The notes beneath the pieces are model-generated. The model ran no database searches and was not told where the DNA came from. It was given only the letters and a program-made list of their open reading frames with translations. From an uncultured virus (IMG/VR IMGVR_UViG_3300042197_002672) (Duplodnaviria; Heunggongvirae; Uroviricota; Caudoviricetes): a stretch of 64,000 nucleotides of DNA. The translations under genes and the position numbers were made by a program. This document shows positions 40,870 to 50,833 of this stretch, in pieces; positions within the stretch are counted from its first letter, which is position 1, and each line of letters starts with the position of its first letter. The stretch lies in IMG/VR virus record IMGVR_UViG_3300042197_002672; one strand, given 5' to 3'.

Positions 40870-42654
40870 TTAGACTAGATCTCGGCAGAATACTAGACCG
40901 TAAAGTCGTGGATTTACGAGCTTCTTACCATATCGAGTCATGATACCCTTGTTGAGAACGAAGGTATCTGGGTCAGGAATGGCTGGAGTAGTCTGGAGTG
41001 GAACGTATGGAGCATAGATGTAACCAGTCTCAAGAGTCTGTGTACCCTTTCTACCTACTAGGATGGTATTTCTACCAAAGTAAGGAGTTGAGTAAACTTT
41101 CCACTTAGAAGGACCAAACTTGCCCATCTTCATTGTTCCTGCACCACCCTTGTCATCATCTGCACTGATATCTGCATACCAGAGAGAAGTTGATTCGAGA
41201 ACTGCACAGACGTTTGGTGAAGTTACGAGGAAGGTTGCGCCACCTCGTACACAGTGCCTGTGAATTTCTGCAGAAACTTCGTTGATAGTCATGAGAAGAG
41301 TCATGTACCATTCAGATACGTTACCAGTGAAATCACCCTGCTGTGCTGCTGGGAGAGTTGCACCAGTTCTCTTGTCAAGGAACTTACCTGGGAGTGCTGA
41401 CCAGTATCTGGTTGCTGCACCGCTTGAGTAAGCATTCTGAACAAGGTCAGTTAGAATCTCTGCGTCGATTTCGAGGCCGACAATTTCAGTGATAACTGAA
41501 GTGAGTTCTACTTCTGCATCCATGTTCTGATATGCGTCAAGGTCCTGAGCAAGTTCTGGAGTCCATCTTGCCTTGAGCTTCTTGGTTAGAGTGGTGATTG
41601 ATACTGAGTCGATTTTGATGTCGATTTCAGGAATCTGAGCATTTTCACCGACGTTTCCGCCGAATTCAAAGCCCCAAGTTGGGTCACCTACTACTGCACC
41701 AAGTGCGCTTGAACCTACGTTCTGGAAATCGTCAACAATTGCCCACTTGAAGGTTCTTGCTGAAGAAGTCATGTCTGCAAGTGCTGCTGCACCTGGAGTG
41801 ATGGCACCAGTTAGAACATAAGCGAGTCGGAGAGTTGAAGTTGAAGTTCCAGAGAAAGCAGTGAGCCTTCTTACCTGGGTCTGTATACCATTACCTGATT
41901 CTTTCTGGTCAGTGAGAGTGACAAACCCTCTCTGATTTAGCTGTGAGAAAGCTGAAAGAGGTGCGGTAAAGATACCAACCTGTGAACCTGAAAGGTCAAT
42001 GTCGTAGTTTACAGCCTTATCGAGATCTGCCTGTCCTGGGTTAGTTGTATCACCTGCTCCAACAACACCTGAGAGGATGAGTGTTAGAATCTGGGTTGCT
42101 GATCCAGTTGGGGAACCATATCCAAAGTTGAGTGAGTAGAAACCTGACTCAAGATTTAGAACTGGTCTTGCTGAGTTTGGATCAATACCAGTTAGATTGA
42201 GACCGCCAGTGATCTGAGAACCAACAACGCCTCCACCGTATACTGATGCATTTGTTGCTGCTCCAACACCCTTAGAAGTTGGGGTCTGGAAGTCAAGGAA
42301 GAAGATTAGACCGTTTGGCATTGACATTGGCTGTACAGATACGAGTTCATTTGAAATAATATCTGCGAAAACACGGCGAATCATTGGGAATGCAACAGTT
42401 GCGAAACCCTGAACATCGCCTGAAGCGAGTGCTGAAGTTTCTGCAAGAAGCTGCTTTCGTGTGCTGTTTAGCTGGTTTTCGAGAAGGCAAGCAACGTTTG
42501 TCTTAACGAGCTGGCTATCTTTGTCTTTAATACCTTCGAGAAGACCGGTCTGTTCCCACTTCTTAACAAGTGATTTTGCAACCTGCTTTCTAGAAACGTA
42601 TTCGTTCTTAGAGGATTCATTAATCCATTTAAATAGTGAATTTTCTGCTGACAT
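40870..42654 (-). CDS. Major capsid protein (T4 gp23-like)
   Basis: KKW...LLENQ, PMIRRVF, VSVQPM, KLKARWTPELAQDL, YAPYVPL, GIMTRYG. Confidence 0.95.
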   Translation of the reverse strand: MSAENSLFKWINESSKNEYVSRKQVAKSLVKKWEQTGLLEGIKDKDSQLVKTNVACLLENQLNSTRKQLLAETSALASGDVQGFATVAFPMIRRVFADIISNELVSVQPMSMPNGLIFFLDFQTPTSKGVGAATNASVYGGGVVGSQITGGLNLTGIDPNSARPVLNLESGFYSLNFGYGSPTGSATQILTLILSGVVGAGDTTNPGQADLDKAVNYDIDLSGSQVGIFTAPLSAFSQLNQRGFVTLTDQKESGNGIQTQVRRLTAFSGTSTSTLRLAYVLTGAITPGAAALADMTSSARTFKWAIVDDFQNVGSSALGAVVGDPTWGFEFGGNVGENAQIPEIDIKIDSVSITTLTKKLKARWTPELAQDLDAYQNMDAEVELTSVITEIVGLEIDAEILTDLVQNAYSSGAATRYWSALPGKFLDKRTGATLPAAQQGDFTGNVSEWYMTLLMTINEVSAEIHRHCVRGGATFLVTSPNVCAVLESTSLWYADISADDDKGGAGTMKMGKFGPSKWKVYSTPYFGRNTILVGRKGTQTLETGYIYAPYVPLQTTPAIPDPDTFVLNKGIMTRYGKKLVNPRLYGLVFCRDLV

Positions 42655-42678
42655 TTATATGTACTCCTTTATGTGTGT

Positions 42679-43773
42679 TTATTCTGAGATAAGTTTTGCT
42701 AACTTCTGCCACTTTTTAAACCCTTCGTTTATTTCTTCTTTATTTTCCTGTTCTTTGCTCTTGCCACTTATAAAAGTAGCGTTTCTTGAGTTTAGAATTT
42801 CTGTTAAAGATTCTTTTTTGCGACCTTTGTTGTCAGCAGCTCCAACAGCTTCCTTTACAATAGAATAAAGATTGGGCAGAACTTCTACTTCATTATCATT
42901 CAACTTATTAATGCTTTCCAGCATTGATTTTTTTTGACGTTCATTCAAGGAAACGTCAACCAAAATTTGGTTCTTATAAAGCAATTTAGCATTTTCTAAA
43001 TTTGATTTATAAAGTGTTTCATTTGTAGATTTGAGTCTTCTCTTTAGTTCTTTATTTTCTTTAACAAATGATTTTAGCTGATTTGCCATCATTCTTAAAT
43101 CTGACTCATAGCTTAAAATTTTAGAATTAAGCCTATCTTCTACATCTAGATATGTTTGAAGTGATTCTCTTGTGAGAGAAAATTCTTCTTTGTCATCACC
43201 TTCTTCGTCTTCGTCGTCTTCGCCACCAAAATCCATTTCAGCATCCATATCTTCATCTTCATCTTTATATGAATCGCCTGGTAATCCTGTCTGGGATGGT
43301 GGTTCTTCTGTTGCTAGTGATTTTCTATCAACTTCACCAACAGAATCTTCTAAAGATTCTTCTGTTGCATTTACAATTTCACCTAAATCTATCTCTAGGA
43401 CTGTATCTTTAGGAACTTCGCTTTCAAAAGATGTTGGAATCTTACTAAGAAGTTTGCCATTCTGATCTGCTCCTACATCTTTTCCTGCTGGTGGGGTTGA
43501 ACTTGCGGATATGTCAGCAAATGGATCAAAGTCTGCTCCACCACCTTCATCTTCTCCACCCATACCGCCACCTAAATCTGGTAAGTCAAGCCCACCATCA
43601 TCCTCTTCGTCCTTTGGACCTTCTGGTGCTTCTGATATTTTTCTTAACTGGTCTTTAAAAGTTTTCTTGAATTCTGTTGAATATTTTTCTTTTAGGGAAT
43701 TTAGAGCAACCTTCTTAGCTGCTTCCCTAATTTTTTTTGCATCTAAAATTGCTTCTTGTACTAAAGATGACAT
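42679..43773 (-). CDS. Prohead scaffold/core protein (gp22-like)
   Basis: Acidic plus coiled coil, immediately upstream of MCP; NAKLLYKN, ends WQKLAKL; GGAG SD before ATG 43773. Confidence 0.8.
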   Translation of the reverse strand: MSSLVQEAILDAKKIREAAKKVALNSLKEKYSTEFKKTFKDQLRKISEAPEGPKDEEDDGGLDLPDLGGGMGGEDEGGGADFDPFADISASSTPPAGKDVGADQNGKLLSKIPTSFESEVPKDTVLEIDLGEIVNATEESLEDSVGEVDRKSLATEEPPSQTGLPGDSYKDEDEDMDAEMDFGGEDDEDEEGDDKEEFSLTRESLQTYLDVEDRLNSKILSYESDLRMMANQLKSFVKENKELKRRLKSTNETLYKSNLENAKLLYKNQILVDVSLNERQKKSMLESINKLNDNEVEVLPNLYSIVKEAVGAADNKGRKKESLTEILNSRNATFISGKSKEQENKEEINEGFKKWQKLAKLISE

Positions 43774-43870
43774 TGTAATCTCCAAAAATCTAAATTAATT
43801 ATATTAATTAATTTTTAAAAACAAATCATTTTTAAAAAAAATTAAAATAATTAACTTAGAGGATTTTAAA

Positions 43871-45733
43871 ATGCCAAATTTTGCTTATAAGATTAAAACA
43901 ATAAAACAATCAGATTTAGAAACTGTGTATGTTTATAAATTAGAACCAAAAACTGTTAAAGGTACAGAATATATATCTATAAAAGTAAAAAGAATAGAGA
44001 ATAAATTTTTCCCAGAAAAAGACTTTTTAGATGTTTATTATGCACCATCTTCTAAAACAGGAGATACTATTTCTGATTTTAAACTATTTGAAAAAATAGA
44101 AAGTGACAATAGTGGATTGTCAGGAGCTGATCTTGTAAGGAGATATCCAGGAATAGGATCTGCAAAAAGTATTAAAGATACATTTGAAGAGTATTCTGAA
44201 AAATATAAATCAGAACCTTTGATGTTTGATAAAATTTTAAAACATTTTCAACAAAGTTTGAAAACTGCTTTACCAGATGATAGAGACGGTTTGAATTCTA
44301 TGGTTGAAATAATGAGATCTATTTCTGGTAGAGAACCAGGTAGTGTTGGGGGTATACCAAGACAAGAAAATCCAGATCTACAATCAGCAATTAGTAATTT
44401 CTTTAAAAGAATAGAGGGTCCTGATGGTCGGGGGTACACAATTAGCACACAAAAGCCACCAAGGAAACTTGAACTTGAAAGTGTTAAGAAGCTTATAGCT
44501 TTTACTTCTAGATTAATAAAAGAAAATACAAAATATATGTATCATATAAGAGAAGTAGAAGAAGAGAAAAAGAAAAGAAGGCCATTAGAAATAGGAGATG
44601 CTCCACCTGTTGAAATGGGCGAAAAACCAAAACCAGCTACTTTAAATAGATTTAGTAGGCTTGATTTAGATGATGGCAAAATTCAATCTGAACAACCAGA
44701 AACAGAGAAAGAAATTGAGTTAGATCCAAGAGCACACTCTCCATCAGCTAGAAGTTCTATGGAGAGAAATAAAGAATTTAAAGTTCTTTATGCAGGAGAT
44801 CGTGAAGGTAATCCTACTACAGTAGATAGATGTTACTTTTGTATACTTCAGTTTAGACCAGAAATAGAGCTAGGGCATCTAAGTAGTCAAGAAAGTGTCA
44901 TGAGATATGAGTATGTATTGTATGTAAATGGAAGAGTTAAAGAATATGCTCCATTACAAGGAACAGATCCAGGACAAGAAGATTTTAGACCATTATTTCC
45001 TGTTCCTCAAGATGCATCTTCTAAAGCATGGAGGTATATGGCAAAAAACCATCAAGATACAGCCAGTGATTTATTATCATTAATGAAAAGATGGGGTGGA
45101 AACTTTCCTACAAATAAATATCAAGATTCAGCAAATAGTGGAAATGCTCCATTTGTCAAAACAGAATGGAATGAAAAAAATCCATTAAAACCAAAAAAGA
45201 CAAAAGTGACATTCACAAATGCTTTAGAAATGATCAAGAAGCTAACTATGCCAGCTAAAGATGGTGGACTTGGTGCTGGTTCATATTTAATATCAACTTC
45301 AAAGAAATCATCTTCAGAATATTTTGCTTTAACAAATATAGACAAATACAGAAGCCAATATTCATTCCTAAAACAAGAAATAGATCATATTTCTAAACAA
45401 ATTAAAAACTTTGGAGGAGAAAAAGATCCAGATGCTGCAAGATTTGTTAAAGCAAGAGATAATAGAAAAAATGAACTTGAAGAATTAATTAAAAAAGCCG
45501 CAAATGAAAAAATATCAGAAGAAGATTTAAGCAAACCTAAAAAGAAAGAGGAAAAAGATATTCCTCAATATCAATGGGTCGATCTTGGACTAAAACTTGT
45601 TCCAAGCGCTTTCACCAAAAATGTAATAGGTGGAAGTGAAGAAAAACGTCCAAAAATAGATATACGTCCTGCAGAAGAAATCCAAACATCACCAAAACCA
45701 GAAGCAGCAGATATCGAAGATTTTACAGTTTAA
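43871..45733 (+). CDS. Hypothetical protein, paralogue of 45747-46949
   Basis: 620 aa; VLYAGD..CYFCI, KDGGLG, RFSRLDLD. Confidence 0.75.
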   Translation: MPNFAYKIKTIKQSDLETVYVYKLEPKTVKGTEYISIKVKRIENKFFPEKDFLDVYYAPSSKTGDTISDFKLFEKIESDNSGLSGADLVRRYPGIGSAKSIKDTFEEYSEKYKSEPLMFDKILKHFQQSLKTALPDDRDGLNSMVEIMRSISGREPGSVGGIPRQENPDLQSAISNFFKRIEGPDGRGYTISTQKPPRKLELESVKKLIAFTSRLIKENTKYMYHIREVEEEKKKRRPLEIGDAPPVEMGEKPKPATLNRFSRLDLDDGKIQSEQPETEKEIELDPRAHSPSARSSMERNKEFKVLYAGDREGNPTTVDRCYFCILQFRPEIELGHLSSQESVMRYEYVLYVNGRVKEYAPLQGTDPGQEDFRPLFPVPQDASSKAWRYMAKNHQDTASDLLSLMKRWGGNFPTNKYQDSANSGNAPFVKTEWNEKNPLKPKKTKVTFTNALEMIKKLTMPAKDGGLGAGSYLISTSKKSSSEYFALTNIDKYRSQYSFLKQEIDHISKQIKNFGGEKDPDAARFVKARDNRKNELEELIKKAANEKISEEDLSKPKKKEEKDIPQYQWVDLGLKLVPSAFTKNVIGGSEEKRPKIDIRPAEEIQTSPKPEAADIEDFTV

Positions 45734-45746
45734 GGAATTAAAAAAA

Positions 45747-46949
45747 ATGAAAAATAGATTTAGCTTAAATAATTTAAAAATTAATTTTAAAACAAAACAT
45801 ATAAATGACTTATTGGAAGCAAGAAGACCATTAGAAATGGACATAGATGAACCTGCTCCTCAATCTTCAAAACCAATAGAAGTTGGTAAATCAAAAAGAT
45901 TCTCTTCATTATTTGATGAACCAGAAGAGACACAAGAAGAAACTCCAGAAAAGATAAAATCTAATATTTTAAAAGCTAAACAATTTGCAGGAACACACCT
46001 AGGTTCAGGTGGTGGTCAAAATAATGTTTTACAAGTTTTGTATGCAGGTGATACAAATGGAGAACAGACTAGTGTATCTAATTGTAATTTTTGTATCATA
46101 TATACAAATCCACCTCTTAAAGTAAGCTCTGCATACGCAAGAACAGCAACACCTCAATTTGGAAATGGATATGTCTTGATATATAACGGAACTCTATATG
46201 CAATAGATGATGGGGCTAATAACTCAATATTACCAGATAAAATAAATAAAAAGCTATATCAATATTTTCTAAAAAATACAGGTGGGCCTAATTCACAAGT
46301 AACACTAGATATGATTACAGCAGATGGGGTATTACCAACTTCTGCTAGAACAAATAGTTTGCTTCAAGTTTCTTACAACAGAGATAACCCAAGTAGCCCA
46401 AAAATTGGCTCTAAATTTCTTAGTGGTGATGCTTTTAGTATAATCAAAGCGATTGTAAGCCCATATAAAGATGGTGGTCTTGGCCTAGCGTCACATCTTG
46501 TTGATAAATACAGCGCTGATGCTGGTGGAACTTATGTTGCTCATAGGGGTAGTGCTGCATACAATGAAAAGAAAAAAAGATTTGGTCAATTGTCTATAAT
46601 TATTGGTAATTTGAATGATTTGAATGCCAAACTTCCAAGACGTGATTTTCCTGAAGAGGGAATTAATGGAATGGACTATGATCAATTCCATAGCTATCTA
46701 TCAAAACTAGAGAAAGAGTATGATGATCTTAAAAAGGATTTAGGAGAAGGAGAAACACGTCCTGAGAAAGTTTGGGTAGATAAGGGGTTTGCCTTATTGG
46801 GTAGCAAATTCACTTCTGGTGTTGATTTTGGATCTACAAAACCTTCTACAACTCCAATAGTAACAAAACCAAGTTTGGATATAACTGATGCATCTCCTCC
46901 AGAAAAAGAACCTGAATCTAGTATGGATATAGACGATCTTTTAATCTAA
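45747..46949 (+). CDS. Hypothetical protein, paralogue of 43871-45733
   Basis: 400 aa; VLYAGD..CNFCI, KDGGLG, RFSSLFD. Confidence 0.75.
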   Translation: MKNRFSLNNLKINFKTKHINDLLEARRPLEMDIDEPAPQSSKPIEVGKSKRFSSLFDEPEETQEETPEKIKSNILKAKQFAGTHLGSGGGQNNVLQVLYAGDTNGEQTSVSNCNFCIIYTNPPLKVSSAYARTATPQFGNGYVLIYNGTLYAIDDGANNSILPDKINKKLYQYFLKNTGGPNSQVTLDMITADGVLPTSARTNSLLQVSYNRDNPSSPKIGSKFLSGDAFSIIKAIVSPYKDGGLGLASHLVDKYSADAGGTYVAHRGSAAYNEKKKRFGQLSIIIGNLNDLNAKLPRRDFPEEGINGMDYDQFHSYLSKLEKEYDDLKKDLGEGETRPEKVWVDKGFALLGSKFTSGVDFGSTKPSTTPIVTKPSLDITDASPPEKEPESSMDIDDLLI

Positions 46950-47012
46950 AAGATAATATAAAAATATTATAACAAACTTTAAAAAGTTATAATTAATACA
47001 AAGGATATTAAA

Positions 47013-47774
47013 ATGAAACTAAGTAACCAATTAAGAACAAATAAGATTAGATTAGTGCTTAAAGAAGCCGAAGCTCCTGCTCCAACTGCAAAACCATATA
47101 AGCTTAACTGGAATGGTGAAGGCTATCACCTAAAACTTATACCAGAGAAAGATGATCAGGGAAGTACTTTTTACTGGCCACTACCAGTTAAAAATCCAGG
47201 TGAAGGTATAGCTGATCCTGGTAATGAATTCTTAGTTGGTAAAGATGGAACAAATTATGACTACGCTTTTGAGATGAATGATGTTTATAAATGGTTCATA
47301 GAGCATGTCCCATCTTCTATTCTTATTGATAATGGTGTTTCTGTAGATTCTCAGAATCTATTAGATAACAAACAGGTAGCTAGTTGGTTCGCAAAAACCA
47401 CAGTTACAAGTAAGCCAAGAGCACTTGATTTAGCAGAAAAACCAGAAAAAAAGACATCTTCTACATCTCCAGTAAAACCATCTGCTAGATTTAGTTCTGC
47501 CTTCGCCGCATCAGACACAGGAGAAGAAGGTGCTACTGCTAAAGATCCATCTCAAGCAGGTAGATCTGCAAGATTTAGCAAACTTGATTTAGATACAGCA
47601 GAAGATAAAGCGAGACAAGAAGAAGAAGATCAGAAAAGAAAATCAAGAGAAGGAAACATTCTTTCCAAGAATCTTCAGGAAGAATCAAAGAAAGCATCCT
47701 CAAACAAATCTAAAAAGATTAGATCAGATGCTTTTGTTGAGTTTATCATAGAAAGATTAAAGAGAAAAATTTAA
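47013..47774 (+). CDS. Hypothetical protein with RFS motifs and KIRLVLKE leader
   Basis: 253 aa; ARFSSAF and ARFSKLDLD. Confidence 0.75.
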   Translation: MKLSNQLRTNKIRLVLKEAEAPAPTAKPYKLNWNGEGYHLKLIPEKDDQGSTFYWPLPVKNPGEGIADPGNEFLVGKDGTNYDYAFEMNDVYKWFIEHVPSSILIDNGVSVDSQNLLDNKQVASWFAKTTVTSKPRALDLAEKPEKKTSSTSPVKPSARFSSAFAASDTGEEGATAKDPSQAGRSARFSKLDLDTAEDKARQEEEDQKRKSREGNILSKNLQEESKKASSNKSKKIRSDAFVEFIIERLKRKI

Positions 47775-48085
47775 CCTTTATTTGTTTCTATAGCTAGAGA
47801 GAGAGTCTGATATATATCCATCCATTCTTTCTCTTTAGCAGCAGATAAAGTCCTAACAAATCTAGCCCCATCAGGTAGCTGGATATGATTTTCTTTTAGA
47901 GCATGTTCAAGTAAGCCTTTAAAACAATCTGAATCATGACCTTCAACCCCTTCAACCTTAGACATCTCTGATAGAAATTTAAGTAGATTATCGTCCTCTA
48001 TAGAAACATCTCTATCAAACATATCTTTACCGTACCACATACCAAAAACAGTGCTTTCGTTAATCTCTGAAACTGAGTTACTCAT
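47771..48085 (-). CDS. Hypothetical protein
   Basis: 104 aa; AGGAG SD on the minus strand. Confidence 0.65.
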   Translation of the reverse strand: MSNSVSEINESTVFGMWYGKDMFDRDVSIEDDNLLKFLSEMSKVEGVEGHDSDCFKGLLEHALKENHIQLPDGARFVRTLSAAKEKEWMDIYQTLSLAIETNKG

Positions 48086-48516
48086 GGAAACTTCTCCTAT
48101 TAAAAAGTATTTAATTTATCAAACAATAAACAACATATGTATACTTACACCATTTAGCTTTATCAAGGCTAGTAATAAATTTAATAAATTCTATATTTCT
48201 ATACATGATATAGATAGACCTTCTAAGCTATACATTAAAGGTATTTCTTTCTCTTTATTTAAGAGAAGATTAAAGATCAATACAGAGGAATATCTTAAAC
48301 ATAGTTATGTATTAACTAATCTAAATGATCATGTTTATGGTGTTGCTTATATCTATAATTCAGTAGATAACTCTATCTATAGAACAGATCTATCTAATAT
48401 AGTAAATAATTTATTTAATATAAAGATCAAGACTAATGAATTTATTAGGGATAAATGTACTTTAACAGATATTTTAGTTATAGATAAAGATCATAAATAT
48501 ATTTATACATCTATTA

Positions 48517-48713
48517 CTTTATAATTTATTTATAATATTTATTCTCTTTAATATATTTATAACTCTTTAATATTACTTTATATTTATTAGCTTTAGCTTA
48601 TCTTTATAATTTATTTATTCTTCATTATATTCTTTATTCTCTTTAATTTCTTTATAATTCAAGTTCACCCCCCTTTTCTTTTCCCCCCAACGGTAAAACC
48701 AGTCAAGGGGTGA
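48517..48713. other. AT-rich repeat tract plus C6-T4-C-T4-C6 mirror repeat and hairpin; candidate replication origin
   Basis: Almost G-free + strand over 48517-48660; CTTTATAATTTATTTAT occurs twice; TCACCCC/GGGGTGA inverted repeat. Confidence 0.45.
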
Positions 48714-48811
48714 GTCAACAACTTTTTTTATTGATAGAGAAAAAATCTCTATTCTTATTTTGTTTGCATTTATTTTGCATGTGCATAATTATATCGAAGA
48801 GGGAGATACTT

Positions 48812-49075
48812 ATGGAAAATCGAAGGACGATAGGAGACTCACCAGTTGGAAGTGGTGGAGGCAGGAGAGGTGCTAGTAATTTACCAATAGACAGAATTGC
48901 AAAGAAACTTGACCAGGATTTTGCCATAAGCAATGAAGTTGTTGAGAAAGAATTCTCAGATACATTTATTATTCCCTTTTCTCTTTTAAAGGGCGGGATT
49001 TCTTCAACAAGAAATGTACCAAAGAACGGAGAGACAAATTCTTCAAATTCTAAATATGTTTCTACTAATAAATAA
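48812..49075 (+). CDS. Hypothetical protein
   Basis: GGGAG SD before ATG 48812, inside ORF 48710-49075. Confidence 0.6.
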   Translation: MENRRTIGDSPVGSGGGRRGASNLPIDRIAKKLDQDFAISNEVVEKEFSDTFIIPFSLLKGGISSTRNVPKNGETNSSNSKYVSTNK

Positions 49076-49131
49076 ATATTTGTTTTAAATAAAATATAAT
49101 ATTTATCTATTTAATAATAGAGGGTTTAAAT

Positions 49132-49377
49132 ATGTCAAAGAAAAAATTTTTTACAAGACAAGCAGTTAAAGAAGGTCTAACAAAAGAAGAGAGCAAAGAG
49201 CTATATCTTCTTGCTGTTGATACCAATTCAAATCTAAACGCAAAAGAGGCCATACAAAAACATCTTCCAGGAGAAGAAGTAGTAGAAGAGGTTCAGGTAG
49301 TAGAAGTTACTCCTGTCGCAGAAGAGAGCGTAGAAGAGCCTGTTGTCGTCAAGAAGTCAAAAACTTCAAAAAAATAA
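49132..49377 (+). CDS. Small hypothetical protein with Glu/Val-rich tail
   Basis: GAGG SD, 81 aa. Confidence 0.65.
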   Translation: MSKKKFFTRQAVKEGLTKEESKELYLLAVDTNSNLNAKEAIQKHLPGEEVVEEVQVVEVTPVAEESVEEPVVVKKSKTSKK

Positions 49378-49388
49378 GGTGATAAAAA

Positions 49389-49529
49389 ATGTCAGATTTT
49401 GATTTTAAAGAGTTTTTAGAAAAATCTATAAAAAACGATAGAGATGTTAAGACAAAAACTTATGGCAAAGACATGAATACTTTGCTAAATACAAAAGAAA
49501 AAGAAAAGTCTAAGGATAAAAAGAAATGA
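49389..49529 (+). CDS. 46-aa hypothetical protein (not in ORF track)
   Basis: AAGGTG SD; MSDFDFKEFLEKS...; stop overlaps next start (ATGA). Confidence 0.55.
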   Translation: MSDFDFKEFLEKSIKNDRDVKTKTYGKDMNTLLNTKEKEKSKDKKK

Positions 49530-50155
49530 CAAGTTCATATAGAGATATATATAAAACATTTTTAAATAAAATAGAGGAATCGAATGAAGAGAGCGATAAT
49601 CAAATCACTCATAATGAATTTGTTTCTAGACTTCCAGGTTATATCACAGAAATCGAAGGTGCTTTTGATGATGTATTATCTTCAGCAAAGAGAATAAAAT
49701 GCTCTTCTGTGCAATCACAGAGAGTAAAAGACATGCTCATGGATGATCTTAAAAGACTACAGAGAAAAGTTAAGACATTCATCTCGATTGCTTCTGAAGA
49801 AGAAAGATCTGAAGAAATGGAAGAATACGAAAGTGAAGAAAATTCTTCAGATAAAGAAGATGATGAGGACGAAGAAGAAGTAGAAGAAGCTAGGAAAAAG
49901 AGAAAAGATAGTGATTTAAATACCGCATGTTGGCCTGGATATGAAGCTTATGGTACTAAAATGAAAAAGGGAAAAGAGGTCCCTAATTGTGTACCAGAAC
50001 AGCAAGTATACGATGATCCAGAAGAACTGTCAGAAATATCAAGTATGGCTGGTGGAGATGTAGCTGGCGGTGGCTCTTTTTTGAAGAAAAAATATGGAAA
50101 AAAAAGTGTTTCTAGAGTAAGAAAAGAATCAAAGCGGTTCATTAAGGATATTTGA
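49526..50155 (+). CDS. Acidic hypothetical protein with CWxGY...VPNCV motif
   Basis: ACWPGYEAYGTKMKKGKEVPNCVP; LSEISSMAGG. Confidence 0.7.
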   Translation: MTSSYRDIYKTFLNKIEESNEESDNQITHNEFVSRLPGYITEIEGAFDDVLSSAKRIKCSSVQSQRVKDMLMDDLKRLQRKVKTFISIASEEERSEEMEEYESEENSSDKEDDEDEEEVEEARKKRKDSDLNTACWPGYEAYGTKMKKGKEVPNCVPEQQVYDDPEELSEISSMAGGDVAGGGSFLKKKYGKKSVSRVRKESKRFIKDI

Positions 50156-50156
50156 T

Positions 50157-50828
50157 ATGAATAGACATGAAAATATTAAAAATATAAATTTATATATAAG
50201 ACAAAAAGTGAATGAAGTTTATAACAATTATAATTTTGATCTTTTCCTGCTTAGAAATCATGTTAAAAAGACAATAATGAATGAAGCTGGTAAGAAGATA
50301 GTTTTTAACTCTCTCACTGGCATCAATAAGCTTGAATTGTTATTAAAAAATATCCTAAATCAGCTAGAAACAGCTTATAAGTCACTAACAACTGATGAAA
50401 CACAGAGAGCGTCTTTCAAGAAACACATTCTAAATGCAGTAGAAAATATGCTTGAATTAAAAGATAAAAATTTCTATGCATCACAGAACATGAATGCTTC
50501 ATTAGGAATTCAAGAAAAAGCAGAGATTGAAATTGTTTTTGATCAGTCAGCTTTTGATGAGAATGGCATTCTTAAGAAAGACGAAACAGATAAAGAAAAA
50601 AAGAAAGATCCAGAAGAAAAGAAAGAAGAGTTCACAATACCAGGCATGGATGAAACTGGTAGAGATGAAGCTTTCTTTATTTTTGATAAAATCAGTAAGC
50701 AGATTGAATCTACATATGATGTGCTTAGGAATAAGTTAGATAGAACTGTTTTTAAAAAGTGGCTTCCTAAAAACCTAGAATCCTATATGGATTCATGGGA
50801 AGAAGAAATGAAAAAATCTTTTGACTAA
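50157..50828 (+). CDS. Hypothetical protein
   Basis: 223-aa ORF, tightly coupled to neighbours. Confidence 0.7.
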   Translation: MNRHENIKNINLYIRQKVNEVYNNYNFDLFLLRNHVKKTIMNEAGKKIVFNSLTGINKLELLLKNILNQLETAYKSLTTDETQRASFKKHILNAVENMLELKDKNFYASQNMNASLGIQEKAEIEIVFDQSAFDENGILKKDETDKEKKKDPEEKKEEFTIPGMDETGRDEAFFIFDKISKQIESTYDVLRNKLDRTVFKKWLPKNLESYMDSWEEEMKKSFD

Positions 50829-50833
50829 CTTAA

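Noticed and set aside
48051..48524. 157-aa + strand ORF
   Set aside because: Overlaps the start and SD of the minus-strand gene, has no SD of its own, and is low-complexity AT-rich sequence next to the candidate origin; cannot be supported as coding
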